Assembly: GCA_051362555.1 (NCBI GenBank)
Contig: CM120646.1
Span: 12,834,001 to 12,898,000, forward strand
DNA from: Lingula anatina
Lineage: Eukaryota > Animalia > Brachiopoda
DNA: 64,000 nt
Direction: 5' to 3'
Made by a program: the position numbers and the translations under genes
Notes under the pieces: model-generated
Databases searched by the model: none
What the model was told of the DNA's origin: nothing
The model's input: the letters and a program-made list of their open reading frames with translations, nothing else
Part shown: positions 23,349 through 37,770 of the stretch, one piece after another
Layout: every line of letters begins with the position of its first letter
How positions within the stretch are numbered: the stretch's first letter is position 1

Positions 23349-24998
23349 TAAGTTAGAGATGTTTTGCCAAAATAAGTCCTCCATAAGACAAGTAAACTGG
23401 GCTGAGAGCTGGCAAGGGCTTGGTCCGGTTTCAAAAGAGACATTTTAATTAAATGCTGAAAAGCCTAAAAATTACTAGTAGACTTAATTTTTAGACAGAG
23501 ATGTTAGTTAGTAGTAGTCCAATAGAATTAAATATTGCAGCTGAAGGTTTAGACCTCTTTTTCTGGCTTACATTATTTTGTGAAAAGGATTCATAGGGTC
23601 TTGTTTTCTAACATGAGACTAGATTGTGTTTAGGAAGCAGTGTCTAAGTTGATTTCAGCAGCACTTGGGTTGTCTGTTGGCTCAAAACAAGAAATGTGCA
23701 ATCAGTTTTGTAGTCTGCTGGAGTTAGGTTATAGTTCTCATTACTGTCAGACATTAACTAATATAGGCTTTGTAAAATCCATTTGCTAAACTAGTTTAAT
23801 TTGGTTACTACCGTTAGTGAATTATTGTGGTAAAAATTGCAAATTTTAATTTTAAAAAAGACTTGATTTTGTTTGGGTAATGTATTCACTATCTCTAGAC
23901 TGCTACGGACATAAAACTCCAGTCAAATGTTATGGAAACAAGTTAGCCATGAGGTGTCATTGTAAACCAGAATGTCATAACTTGATATATTAAAGACACC
24001 ATCTGCTGCAATATTGCCCTGTAGTAGTAGGAAGAGGCCTAACTTTTAACTTGATGTAAAGCTGTGCGCATGGCCTGGACACCAGAGGTATTAATTAGCC
24101 GATGACCCCTGCTTCATGTATTCAGTGTCCAGTGAGGGACAGTGAAAGATGACCGATGACTTGAGACAGGTTTCCACAGGTACTAGTAGATACAGCAGGT
24201 AAATAAGGTAAGTCTTGAGATTTGTCAGTGCAATACATCGTGCACAGATTATGGTATATGATAGAGACTTGGAGAGCATGCCAGGCTAGTCCATAGTCTA
24301 TAGATTTTGTGGATGTTTTTTTTTTTTTTTTTTTTATGAATATAAAGATATCCCTTACTAGTAGGTTGTTACTGGGACGAAGAAGGATTGCTATGCTGGA
24401 TGTTTCATGGTAAATGCCATGTTTGTTATCTTTTCATGAAAGGATTTGAAATTGTAGGTTATTTACACTGATTTGACAAAAACAAATGTCCCATGCATAA
24501 AACCTTGTCTGACATTAGTGAATGTATATATATATTGCCTTGCATGACAAGCAATTTATGGTAAAAGCTAAAAAAAATCGGGAAAAAAAAATCACTAATA
24601 GTCCCCAAAACAATGTTTTGTTGGTAAAAAAGTTCTCAAAAGTGAATTGGCTTTCTCTCAAAAGGTACATTATTGTGAATAACTGAAAATGTTCAATCTT
24701 TTAAACGTAAAATAATAATATGTGTGAGGTGTGCAGAAATTTCCAGTAATTACCATACCACCAGACAAATAGAAGTTTAATGACTAAGGGGCCTCAGTTA
24801 CAGCTATCTCAGGCACTATTTCCAATGAAAAAAGAACATTTAATCTACAGGATGTTTGTTGTTGGAATGAGAAAGTACTATTCATGTGAAGTTGTCATTA
24901 TGTCAACTTTTACTGTTACAGACATTCCCCTTGTACATTTATCAATGTCAGTTTTAACAGTTTTCAAAAAGTGTACAGGTATCTCAAAATCTGTAATA

Positions 24999-27900
24999 AT
25001 TGTACCACCAGCGTTAGCGCTGGCGGTACACATGGTTTCGGTCCCGTCCGGATCGTTCCGCCGGCTCCGCCGGCTCCGCCGGCTCCGTTGGCTCCGCCGG
25101 CTCCGCCGGACGGCTACCGTTACCGCTTCTCCTCCTAGACGGTAAGGGCCCCCGTACCCATCTCATGGATTTAGGTCACCTATAATCTCAACTCGTTCCA
25201 CGTAAAATTTGGGCTTTGTCGGTATTGGGGTCTGGGTGTGGCACTCATTGCAATGCACCCTTGTCTAAAAATGGCAAAATTAAATGCTAATTATCTACCC
25301 TACGGAAGGAGTTATGGGAAAAATTTCTATAGACGGCTTTCCAAAAGTCATATGTGTAGATTTCAAATATACCCTTGGATTTGACCTTTGACCTTTACTT
25401 CAAGGTCAAATGGGCCAAAATTTTCAAAAAAATGAAATTTTTTACGAAAAAAATTTTTTTTGCCCTGTTATTCAGACACCACACAGACTTAACCAATAAT
25501 ATTATTGGAAGGTGTTACCCTTCAGGTCATCTTTCATCTCCATGAATTTGGGGTCAATCGGTGCATTTTCACGGGAGTAGCGGCCATAAGATACCGAAAC
25601 TGAAAACTGTCTCTAATTCGGGAACCGTTAATGCTAGAGACCCATTCTTTTTTGCATTTTGTAGAGCATGTAAAGCCCAACACTGGAGGTGGTCTCGGTT
25701 TTTTTGTATTCCATACGGTTTTCGAGTTACGCTGTATCAAAAAGTACATATTGGTGGTAAAAGCAAAATGTGCAGTACGGTAATGGATAATAAATTTTGA
25801 ACTCTGGATAAATAAAACATAAGGCTTGGCAAAGCAGACAACTTGTGTTCAAAAATGACATTATTTCATCAAATTTGAACTTCTGAAACATCAGAGCACC
25901 TCCTATTTCAAGAATTTTGACCAAAATGACATTTTCTTTATTTTAATTAATTTTTTCTGTACGAAATTTAAGGCACATTATGGTAACTCCAAAATTATAA
26001 CATTTAGTCCCTTATATCTCCAAAACTGGCAGAGATAGGTCCATAGTTACTATTGAAGTTGAATAGGAAGTCATATACTGGCAATCTTACTATGACCTTG
26101 AAAGTGACCTTTGACCTACTTTTCACCATGAACTGATCTTTGCAAAAATTTTTTCCCTTTTATCTCCAAAACTGGCAGAGATAGGTCCATAGTTACTATT
26201 GAAGTTGAATAGGAAGTCATATACTGGCAATCTTACTATGACCTTGAAAGTGACCTTTGACCTACTTTTCACCATGAACTGAACTTTGCAAATTTTTCTT
26301 CCCTTTTATCTCCAAAACTGGCAGAGATAGGTCCATAGTTACTATTGAACTTGAATAGGAAGTCATATACTGGCAATCTAAATGTGACCTTAAAATTGAC
26401 CTTTGACCTACTTTTCACCATAAACTGAACTTTGCAAAATTTGCTTCCCTTTTATCTCCAAAACTGGCAGAGATAGGTCCATAGTTACTATTGAACTTGA
26501 ATAGGAAGTCATATACTGGCAATCTAAATGTGACCTTAAAATTGATCTTTGACCTACTTTACACCATGAACTGAATTTTGCAAATTTTGCTTTCCTTTTA
26601 TCTCCAAAACTGGCTGAGATAGGTCCGTAGTTACTATTGAACTTGAATAGGAAGTCATATACTGGCAATCTAAATGTGACCTTAAAATTGACCTTTGACC
26701 TACTTTACACCATGAACTGAATTTTGCAAATTTTGCTTTCCTTTTATCTCCAAAACTGGCTGAGATAGGTCTGTAGTTACTATTGAACTTGAATAGGAAG
26801 TCATATACTGGCAATCTAAATGTGACCTTGAAATTGACCTTTGACCTACTTTTCACCATGAACTGAATTTTGCAAATTTTGCTTTCCTTTTATCTCCAAA
26901 ACTGGCTGAGGTAGGTCCATAGTTACTATTGAAGTTGAATAGGAAGTCATATACTGGCAATCTAAGTGTGACCTTGAAATTGACCTTTGACCTACTTTTC
27001 ACCATGAACTGAACTTTGCAAATTTTGCTTTCCTTTTATCTCCAAAACTGGCAGAGATAGGTCCATAGTTACTATTGAACTTGAAAAGGAAGTCATATAC
27101 TGGCAATCTAAATGTGACCTTAAAATTGACCTTTGACCTACTTTACACATAAACTGAATTTTGCAAATTTTGCTTTCCTTGTATCTCCAAAACTGGCTGA
27201 GATAGGTCCGTAGTTACTATTGAACTTGAATAGGAAGTCATATACTGGCAATCTAAATGTGACCTTAAAATTGACCTTTGACCTACTTTACACATAAACT
27301 GAATTTTGCAAATTTTGCTTCCCTTTTATCTCCAAAACTGGCAGAGATAGGTCCATAGTTACTATTGAACTTGAATAGGAAGTCATATACTGGCAATCTA
27401 AATGTGACCTTGAAATTGACCTTTGACCTACTTTTCACCATGAACTGAATTTTGCAAATTTTGCTTCCCTTTTATCTCCAAAACTGGCTGAGATAGGTCC
27501 ATAGTTACTATTGAAGTTGAATAGGAAGTCATATACTGGCAATCTAAATGTGACCTTGAAATTGACCTTTGACCTACTTTTCACCATGAACTGAACTTTG
27601 CAAATTTTGCTTTCCTTTTATCTCCAAAACTGGCAGAGATAGGTCCATAGTTACTATTGAACTTGAAAAGGAAGTCATATACTGGCAATCTAAATGTGAC
27701 CTTGAAATTGACCTTTGACCTACTTTTCACCATGAACTGAATTTTGCAAATTTTGCTTCCCTTTTATCTCCAAAACTGGCTGAGATAGGTCCATAGTTAC
27801 TATTGAAGTTGAATAGGAAGTCATATACTGGCAATCTAAATGTGACCTTGAAATTGACCTTTGACCTACTTTTCACCATGAACTGAACTTTGCAAATTTT

Positions 27901-28656
27901 GCTTTCCTTTTATCTCCAAAACTGGCAGAGATAGGTCCATAGTTACTATTGAACTTGAAAAGGAAGTCATATACTGGCAATCTAAATGTGACCTTAAAAT
28001 TGACCTTTGACCTACTTTACACCATAAACTGAATTTTGCAAATTTTGCTTTCCTTGTATCTCCAAAACTGGCTGAGATAGGTCCATAGTTACTATTGAAC
28101 TTGAATAGGAAGTCATATACTGGCATTATAAATGTGACATTAAAATTGACCTTTGTCCTACTTTTCACCATAAACTGAACTTTGCAAATTTTGCTTCCCT
28201 TTTATCTCCAAAACTGGCAGAGATAGGTCCATAGTTACTATTGAACTTGAATAGAAAGTCATATACTGGCAATCTAAATGTGACCTTGAAATTGACCTTT
28301 GACCTACTTTTTATCATGAACTGAACTCTGCTAATTTCTTTCTCTTTTAACTTCAAACTTGACAGAGATAGGTCCATAGTTACTCTTGAACTTGAATAGG
28401 AAGTCATATACTGGCAATTTACTGTGACCTTGAAATTGACCCTTGACCTACCTTACGAAGAACTTAAATTTGATTGTACCATATATATTTTTGCAATAGT
28501 TTAAAAATTCTTGTTGATTGCATTTTTACAGCTTGTCAAGCACAAAACTGGTGGCTGTGTCCCTTATTTTGTGTATGTGGGGGTCTATACGAATGCGCTT
28601 GCTCCAGCTGGTGGTACAATATTCGGAGGCGGTATCGCCTCTCTGATCCTCTAGTT
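24999..28656 (+). mobile_element. Helentron-associated non-autonomous element (HINE/DINE-1-like) carrying a satellite array
   Basis: In order: 5' subTIR ATTGTACCACCAGC with an adjacent inverted copy (GCTGGCGGTACA), (CCGGCTCCG)n microsatellite, central tandem array, 3' subTIR GCTGGTGGTACAAT (28607-28620), 3' hairpin GAGGCGGTATCGCCTC, end CTAGTT. Confidence 0.85.
26015..28452. repeat. 146-bp tandem repeat (satellite), ~17 copies
   Basis: The unit TATCTCCAAAACTGGC... recurs at 26015, 26161, 26307, 26453, 26599 ... 28203 and 28349. Two units are 145 bp; terminal units are more diverged. Confidence 0.96.
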
Positions 28657-31600
28657 TCCAACATGTCTTTTTTATTTTAACTATTCTGGCATTATAAATA
28701 TAACACTCATCTTTATAACTATTATTATTATCCTACTATCGGTATCTGCTTTGAACAGTTACAATAACAAAATGCCAGGTTAGTCCCTGTGCAGAGTTAC
28801 CCAACCATCCGAGGTAGAGGAAGGGGAGAGAAAGCAAGATGCACAGTCCATATCTTCCACATCTTATACAATCAAAAAACACATCTTTACATCCGCTACA
28901 AGTGTCATAACCTGTCAGCCTTGGAAGTTTTAGGTATGTTGCAGTCTTTTCAGTAACCTGATATGACAATCACCATGTCTTCACGCTGCTATATTCTGTT
29001 ATCTTGTCATCAGGGTTTGAGTTGGGAAGACAACCTTTGATGTCATCCAGCAGTGCCAGGTTGTAGATAATATCATTGAGGAGGTGTGACAGAGCTTGAC
29101 ATGAGGCAGATGACATCTGTCAACTCTCCACTGACTGTGACGACCCTGTTAGGAGTAACTTCTAGACCTTTTTTTTTTTTTTTTTTTTTTTTTTTGTGTG
29201 TGTCATTCTCTGGGCTCTCTTGCTGGTGATGATATCATTAAGAACATAAAAAAAAATTATGCTCATAAATATACTGTAGATGAAATTCAACTTCTTTAAA
29301 TCACAAGAATATACGCATGGATGAGTAAATGTAATTTTCTAAATACAAGATTATTGTCTGTACACAAAATTTCTTCTGTTTGGAGGTATAAAAATATAAA
29401 AGAATTACAGTATATAATCTTTATAAAACTTCTTCTGTGAAACAAAATATTGATGACATAACAAAACACTTTTATCAGTGACTCAGGACCTATTTTGATC
29501 CTTACAACTGCAGTTTTTATGCAATTTGTCACAATTAAAGTGTCGTTTATTTAAAGTTCACTAAATGATCATCCATGCAGCATGCTGATCGAGAAAAAAA
29601 TTCTAGCTTACATGGTATGATATTCTTAGAGGTCAGACAGATATAAATAAGTCATACTCATAGTCCAGACATGAAGGTGTCAAATCTACATAATTTCCAC
29701 ATTGTTGGGTATTACTCTGCCTCAATCTATTCATTAGTTAAACAGATGAGGTTGCATTAATTACTTGTGAATGATTACCAAGTGGTAATGTCTTAATGCA
29801 TTGGACAGTGAATCCATATGGTGTACAGTACTAGTATTGTTTTCTTTTGCCCTGTTAGTATTTAATTTTGGATTGATATAGATTATTTCAGACCCTGTTT
29901 TTGCTTTAAAAGTGTTAATTTTGAGGTTCTTAGCGGTGGTGTGTATTAGTTAAATATTATGTTACATTTATAATTCTGCACTAGGATACTGTTAAAGATG
30001 TGATTGAAAAGTATTTGACTTAAGGATTATTTGTAGAATATTTCTAAATTTTGGCAGTTAAGCTTAAATTCACTTTGAAGTAGTAGTAATAATCAGAAGC
30101 ACTGCCAGCTCCAAAGAGTTTATAACCTGGAAGACTGTTTTACAGGGCAAGTAACAATTACTCTCTCAACTTTGAAGTCAGTGCAAAACCCCCCCCCCCC
30201 CCCCCAGGGAAGGTCACATGGGACTTGATAACAAACATCAAAGGGGTACCTGCTAGACTAGAATATAATTGGTAGCCTAGGGATGGGTCAGAGCTAGACT
30301 TGTGAAACAATTAAAATGACATTGATTATAGTTATATATGGGACTGTATCCAGTTGGTTTTGGGGCTGCTCCATGTTTATGATGTTAAAATGGCACAGTC
30401 CCAGCTGTAAATTACTGTCATGGGAAATGGGCAAGGTAGTGAATAGAGTCTCTCGGCTCATGTTCTTACTGAGACAAGCTATCTAGGCTCCGTATGCTCC
30501 AATGATACAGATCTTTTAAAATAAAAAGGCTGTCCAAAATTGAAACAGGAAGTCCAAAAAGACAAATGGACAGGTGCTGTGACCAATGTCTTGTATAGTC
30601 CCATACAAAGCGTAAACCAGCTCAGTAAACCAGCTCAGCGCTCCTTTGTACTGTGACAGTAGTGGCTTCCAGAGTGCAGCCGATTTATCACTGCATATAA
30701 TCACAGTGTCGCGCTATTTGGTTCAGAGACGACAACAACACACTCGACATGATGGATACATGTGTTGTCTGGAGATTGTACAACACCTTTAATTACTCCT
30801 CTTACAATGTTTTCTGTGTTATACATGATATATGATAGGCAGTGTGTTGTAGGGGTATTGATTTGGTTGTCACTGTTTAAAATCACTTTTGTTTTATTTG
30901 TTTAGAATGGTTGTCTATTTATTCAGCTTCTTTTGTGTTTTTGTCCTAGACTAAGATACATGTATACTAGACTCTTTAAGATAAATGCAAAGAAGAGAAC
31001 ATTTGTCAGTACAGTGACCACCTTGTAGATGTATTGCTTGGGATCTTAATCAGTTCTTTCATCAGTTTTGGCACTTGTTTCATCTTTGGTTTCTCTTTAG
31101 TTTTTAAAATACACACACGCACAACAAAGTCTATCTTGACTGGGAATTCAACTATAATTCAACTGTCCAATTTCATTGCTTACTTTAAAATCTAAAATTC
31201 TTCAGCTCTATCACTTCACATGTAGAGAAATTTGCAAAGTAATTTGCTGAGAAACTTCCCCCACGGTACATACAGCTTGAAGGCAATAGATGGATGCAGT
31301 AGTTGAGGTATATAAACTTGGACACATTGTTCTCTTTAGTTACTGTGCCGAGAGTAGGATTTTAAAAATTTTAATACTTCATATTTGGTTTTGGGAATTG
31401 TTATACCAAGATAGGCAATACATGTACTAAATGTTATGTTAGTGAAAGCCTAAAATGTTAATAGTAGGTTCTAATAATGTGATAAAAGGTAATTTTTTAA
31501 ACAGTTAAATACAGTTTGAGCTTATGAATAGAGGACACTATAATTCAACTGAGGACACTTTACATTTAATGAGGTGAGTTTTTTAAAGTTTGAAAAGGAA

Positions 31601-33877
31601 TATATGCTGCTCTGCTTTTTTGGTGAACTGGAAAGTTTACATTCAGTTAAAAAACACAAGCTCAGGATTTTTTAAAGTTGACTGGTGCATTAACTGTTAC
31701 AAAAAGGAAAATTAACTCAGTACATAAAATCTCTACAGGAATTATTAAGGTTTTGAAATAATAAGCCCATGATTATGGTTCAGCCAAGTTCAGTTTAGAT
31801 TAAAGATATAATCTAAATTAGTTTGCTATTTTTGATGTCGTACTGGGGCATAGGATCAGGTGAAAATTAAGTGTACCTTTGATCTGGGACTGATTAAGTT
31901 TCACAGTTTATAAGATTTGATCCAATAAAGATTGGAATGTTTCTTGTAAATGCAGTTACTTTTTTCAAAGAATATAATATATTAGATTATGGCTATTAAC
32001 CCTAGGTCAGGAAGGAAGGATATTACTTTTGTGTTTTACCAACACCATTTTAACGCCAGGCCTCTGAAGACCAAATACTAGTAGTTTTTATTAATAGAAA
32101 ATAAGAATACATTTCATTAACAATAAAACTGAAGCATAAGGTAGTGTTGAAACAACATTTCATGGAAAACATGATATGGCAAGTAAGAATTAAAATATTT
32201 TAACAGATCAGAGGTTTCATGTAGACAATAAGATACTGAGTCAGATGGTTGACAATATATATATATATATATATTTTTTTTTTTATTTCACTGTTTAATG
32301 CACTTTCTAGTGTACCTTGTTCTCAGTTTATTTTGTATACTAGTAACGGCTGAACCATAGGTAAAGCTTATTAAAGATAGAATAAAGAAGACATCAACCT
32401 TGGGACGTAATAAGAGTAGACTGAGGGGTGATGATGTCATAGAACAGGTGAGAGGTATTGTAATCGAGGAGTTAAGTAGATCGCAAGGTGAGCTGGTGTC
32501 AAAGATCATGCTAGGGGCTGCAAAAATAAGATAACTGAGTATGAGCTGAGGCCTTGTCTGCTGCAGTCTCAGATCATTATGACTTTCTGAGACTGGGTCT
32601 ATTTTATGAATTCTTACAACTTTATTAGGGGCTGAGATTATGACATTGGGTTGAGATCATAGTTGGATCTACTACCATACTGTTCTGTGTGATCTGGCAA
32701 ATTTTGCTTCGATTGTTTATGACTGGTTCAACATTCACATGATAGTGCTTATGAGTAAGTTCAGTAAATTAAACAGTGCTTGGTCTATTGAATACGTTGA
32801 TTTATAAGGACCATTAGACTGTAACAAGAATTCTAATGAAAGAATAGTAGTGCCTTTCCAGTTCTTCTGTATCTTAGGCTGTTACTGGCTGAAGCAAACA
32901 TATATAGTATGGCAAAAATTTTGGAGCACCCTGTAAATTTACCTGGCATAGGTACCACAGAGTTCACAGACCTGTGAAGATGCACTTTACTCTCCTGGGA
33001 TATGATGAGGGGTTTCTTAATAATTATTTCCAAGTAAGCTGTATTCCAGCAGGGAGCTGGTCTTGTAATACTGCTTGGTATAGAAGAGATTATGTCAGTT
33101 TCCAAGTGGGATTACATTTATTAGGTACCAGGAGAAGACAAGTAATGTACTTCAGCGATCATATATCTTGCAGAATTCAAACAAGTAGGTAATATAGTTA
33201 GGAAGAGATATTTGGGGAATGATGTTTGATGTTCAAAGTATCACAGCCACTGTTGGAAACATGGTAGTTTTTGGTGTTCTTCAGGAAAGGAAGTCAAAAT
33301 ATTTGCCTTTAGTATAATTATTTTCGCCTCGTGTTTTAATCTTTTTAAGTTGTGTTAATAAGGGTGGAATTGTCAAAAATGTTTTATGGAAGATTTTTAA
33401 AAAGTGGGAAATGGGGGGGGGATACATGGAGGAAAGTTCTGTTTTCACTACTGTGTTTATGTACTGTATGTGTGTGCATGTGCATGCATGTGCACGTACG
33501 TGTGAAATGCTTTGAGGAGAAGAAGAGGGGAGGGGGCTTACTTCAACTTAAAGATACACATGAACCTTTTAAGAACTGTCTGGCAGAATGTGAAAGTTCA
33601 TTGCACTTCAGATTTTTTTGTAAGTTAGTGATCAATAAGATGTCTCAGGGGGTACAGTGTAATTTACTGCCTTAAAAACCTTTTACATGTATGTAAGCAG
33701 AAAAAATTGAGGTTATCTCATGTATGGATGAGTTAGAAGAGCATATTCTATTCTACAAAACCTCTGTGACCCATTACCAGCAGTTTTTAACATATTCTGT
33801 AGTTTGTCGTTAGTTCTCAATGTTGTGTTTCTAATAGCAAATTGTTCAAATGGCATATATTAGTATAGACCTGTAGT

Positions 33878-33880
<3 letters not shown>

Positions 33881-33922
<42 letters not shown>
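33881..33922. repeat. (CT)n microsatellite
   Basis: Directly visible. Confidence 0.95.
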
Positions 33923-33925
<3 letters not shown>

Positions 33926-34237
33926 GCATGTTCCCTACATGTATTTACAAATATTGTTGATATAACCTTTGGTTTAATAAATGTTTACAAGCAAACATAA
34001 ATTGCTTGTGTCTTGGTTTATACTGCAAAAAATTAGTTCTAGATAAAATGTTTCAGTTTGGGAAATCAGAAGTTGGACCCTAAGTTCTGAAATTTTGGCA
34101 AAAAGAAATTGTTCAATCATTCGTGGTTTTCCTTTTAATTAATTCACTGCAAATCAAAGTTAAGTTTAAAGCTAAAAGTCCTTATTTCACCAATCTCCTT
34201 AAAAAGAACAAAAGCACAATCGATATTACTGGAGATA

Positions 34238-34240
<3 letters not shown>

Positions 34241-34316
<76 letters not shown>
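34241..34316. repeat. (TA)n microsatellite
   Basis: Directly visible. Confidence 0.95.
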
Positions 34317-34318
<2 letters not shown>

Positions 34319-34657
34319 CCAATAGCAGTTTGTACAGATGCATCAACTTAGAGCTGACCAGCATAAAAGGTTCAGTGTCTGTTTATTTTTGGTACATATC
34401 TGTAAGTGTGGGATGGTGGGGGTGATTAAGGCTGCTCAGATTACACGCTTCAGAAATGTGTTCCTCTGTGGACCCTGCTGGGGACCAGTAGAACCTCTTG
34501 CACAGCTCCAAGGAGAGCCTCTTACACAGCCCCAAAGGTCATGCTCAGATTCAAACACTGTAACAGCCTGATCGATCCAAGTCTAGAGCAGATTCCCACT
34601 ACAGTGTTTTCTATGTAATCGGCTTGTCTGACACCCCTCTTTGAGAACAAAGAACCC

Positions 34658-36175
34658 TTTTTATGTACAGACACAGATGTGTCTGTACATATTGCCATCA
34701 CCTGCGTCTGTCGTCGCCGATGGCGATGGCGATGGCGATGCCGATGCCGATGCCGGCGCCGTGCACTTTCCTTGTAAACACGATAAGTGGAGGGCAGTTT
34801 TACTTTTTGGCTTTATATTTACAGAGCTGATGAATATTCATAAAACGCAGGTCAAGTTCGAAAATCAGTATGATCGGGCCATTATTGTAGAAGTTATGCT
34901 GTTTTTTCACTTTTCAGCATATTTTTCACATTTCCTCAGATTCAATTCTTAGGCATGTTAACAGTCTCATTATTAAACTAATAAGATACATAAAAGTGTT
35001 TGTTTGACATTTCCTGCATCTTTACAACATTGTTAGTTGATTTTGTAAAAAAGATGGTAAACTTGTTATCATGTATTGTGTAATAAAGTTTCAAAAATAG
35101 AAAAAAACTCATATCATTGCAGTTTGTCAGATTCAATCATTCACTATGTTCAGAATCTCAGAATGGAAGAAATTGGACATTTAACACTGCTCTGTTGATA
35201 TTTTTCCCATCTCATCAATTTTCTTAGATGATCATATAAAAATGGCAGTTAACTGTTAATTTTGTTTTATGTTAAAAATTGTTAAAAATGGAAAAAAAAA
35301 ACATTTCAGAACAGTGCTGTCTTGTTTACATTTTGGCATTTTCAAGTTGTGACTTTGAAGTTCCATGGGCCTGAAGACCTTTGCTAGTCACATTTTCTGA
35401 ACATCCATGATACTAATATTTTATTATTAAAAATTGATGGTCATTATGCTGTTAAACATTATGTAATATTGCATCAAAATTTGAAAAAAACCTATTTTGG
35501 GCACTGTTCCCATGATGACCATTTAAGAAAAACCATGTCAATTACTGTTCTTAAACAGTACAGTAAATATATATAGATGTGTCTGTACATATTGACATCA
35601 CCTGTGTCTGTCGTCGCCGTCATCGCCGGCGCTGTGCACTTTCATTGTTAGCACGATAAGTGGAAGGCAGTTTTACTTTTGGGCTTTATATTTACAGAGC
35701 TGATGAATATTCATAAAACACAGGTCAAGTTCAAAAATCAGCATGATCGGGCCTTTATTGTAGAAGTTATGCTTTTTTTTTTCACTTTTCAGCATATATG
35801 CAACACTGTAAACACATTTCAAGAAAAACCGATAGGCTTGTTGTCATGAAACTCACAGGAGTAATTGATCTTACTAAAACGCAAGTCAAGTTCGAAATCG
35901 GCATGCAGCCTGAGTTGGAAAAGCAGTCTAATTGGCTTCTTTTTCTGGAAGTTATACATGTTCAAAGTGTGAACTTGAACTCCCATGGGCCTGAAGCCTT
36001 ATGCTTGTTACACATTTTACTTACATTGGTATTACCTGTTGAGCATAATTAAAATTTGATGTTAAATTTGCAGTTTAACATAATGTACTTTTGCATCAGA
36101 ATTGACATTAGCCTATTTTGTGCATAGTTATTTCCTGCTTTTTGTCTGTACATTTGACAGCTTTGCTGCCTTGTT
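34658..36175 (+). mobile_element. HINE-like element, family B, copy 1
   Basis: Starts in a T-run with ATGTACAGACA-CAGA-TGTGTCTGTACAT (subTIR plus IR), followed by a (GGCGAT)n microsatellite. Ends TGTCTGTACAT-TT-GACAGCTTTGCTGCC-TTGTT (3' subTIR plus hairpin). An internal degenerate second head lies at ~35575. Confidence 0.82.
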
Positions 36176-37049
36176 GTTAATTACCCTCAAGCAACTTACT
36201 AGTAAAGAGACGTGTCAGACATTTAAGCCAATTGCAATGGCACTAAGGAAGATCCATTGCGGAGTAGGATCGATCCAGCTAATGCTATAGGTTTATCTGA
36301 ATGCTCCCTAAGAGAGCCTATAATCTGCTCTGGTTACATGCTTCAGAAATGCGTTACTGTGGGGACCCAGCAGGGACCCAAGGGAGCCTCTTGCACAGCA
36401 AAGATGCTAGATTCAGGTTTGGTTGAATAGCAAGTTGTATTATTATTTCTATGAGATTATTTCAAGTAGCTGTGATGGCTGGATTGATAGATGGATGGGG
36501 AGAGAAGAAATGAAAAATGGCGAGAAGTTGAGGATGGATGGTTGGATAGAGACATTTCCACTGGTAGACCCAGGCAGGCAGACTGACTGACATAGGCAAT
36601 TTACAGATACCCCCATCAAGAAAACAGCACTAAAATTATGATTACATATATTAACAAAACATCCAGTATGAGCCAAAATGCCAAGGTTATTTACACTGAT
36701 GTATGACATTATTGTGACAAGTTTGCACAGACAACTAATAACATGTAGCTGGCACAGCACAGTGTATTGTGACTCTGGACCAAGTTGTCACATTATCCAA
36801 TATCTGTTTGCTCTGAAAACTCAGTCAACATTCACTGAACAATAGACTTAAAGTATGTTGGTGTTGGTGGAACATGACTCCGGATGTGTATGTGTATACA
36901 CCAGTGGCCACTAATAGTTGATATTATATACCCTGGTGGTCACTAACTGTACTTGGGTGTCAAGGAGGAGAGTTTGGTGCAGTGTTGGGTGGACAGGTAA
37001 GGCTGGGACAGTTTTGGAACTATTTTGGGAGTGATTGGTTTTTCCTTTA

Positions 37050-37770
37050 AGGCAGTGAGCTAGGTATAGTGTTAGTGTAGTCATATTGTCCAAGCAGTAA
37101 TGCAATGGCATGACAGACCCAGTTGTAATAGGCATATTGTCCAGGCAGGGAAGCAGTTACATGACAAGCCTAGTTGTAATGGACACATGTCCTTGTAGTG
37201 GCATGACAGTATAAATAGTTGTAGTAGGCACATTGTCCAGGCATTAGGTGGCGACTAGTACTAGAACATATGACATGTCAAGTTATAATGGGCATATTGT
37301 TCAGGTGGTAAGGCACTGACATGACAGGCATAGTTGTAACAGGCTTATTTTGCAGGCAGTAAGGCATTGGCATTTTAGGCATAGTTGTAAGTGTATTGTC
37401 CAGGTAGTTAACTAATGGCCTTGTTGTAATGGGCATATTGTCCAGGCAGTAATGTAGTGACATAAAAGGCTTAGGCTTTGTTCACATGCAATGTCTATTT
37501 TCTAAATTCTATTTTCTATTCGCGCTATCTTATGATCACGGTCTGTGCCCTGAATATCCCGCCGCGTAATTACCGGCAGCGCGAGCCAGTTACTTATAGT
37601 AACTTATAGTAACTGGCTCGCGCTGCCAGTAATTACGCGGCGGGATATTCAGGGCACAGACGGTGATCACAACACATGCCGCGAATAGAAAATAGAATTT
37701 AGAAAATAGACATTGCATGTGAACGAAGCCTAAGTTGTAGCAGGCATGTTGTCCAGGCAGTAAGACAATA
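37050..37770. repeat. Degenerate ~55-60 bp minisatellite interrupted by a MITE
   Basis: Recurring AGTTGTAATGGGCATATTGTCCAGGCAGTAA core. Confidence 0.7.
37474..37730. mobile_element. Near-perfect palindromic PIF/Harbinger-like MITE (257 bp)
   Basis: GGCTTTGTTCACATGCAATGTCTATTTTCTAAATTC... / ...GAATTTAGAAAATAGACATTGCATGTGAACGAAGCC. The arms pair almost to the centre (GTTACTTATAGTAAC). Flanks are TTA and TAA. Confidence 0.88.

Noticed and set aside
26408-28407. ORFs inside the 146-bp array
   Set aside because: They are artefacts of a tandem repeat whose unit length is not a multiple of 3, with stops in every frame.
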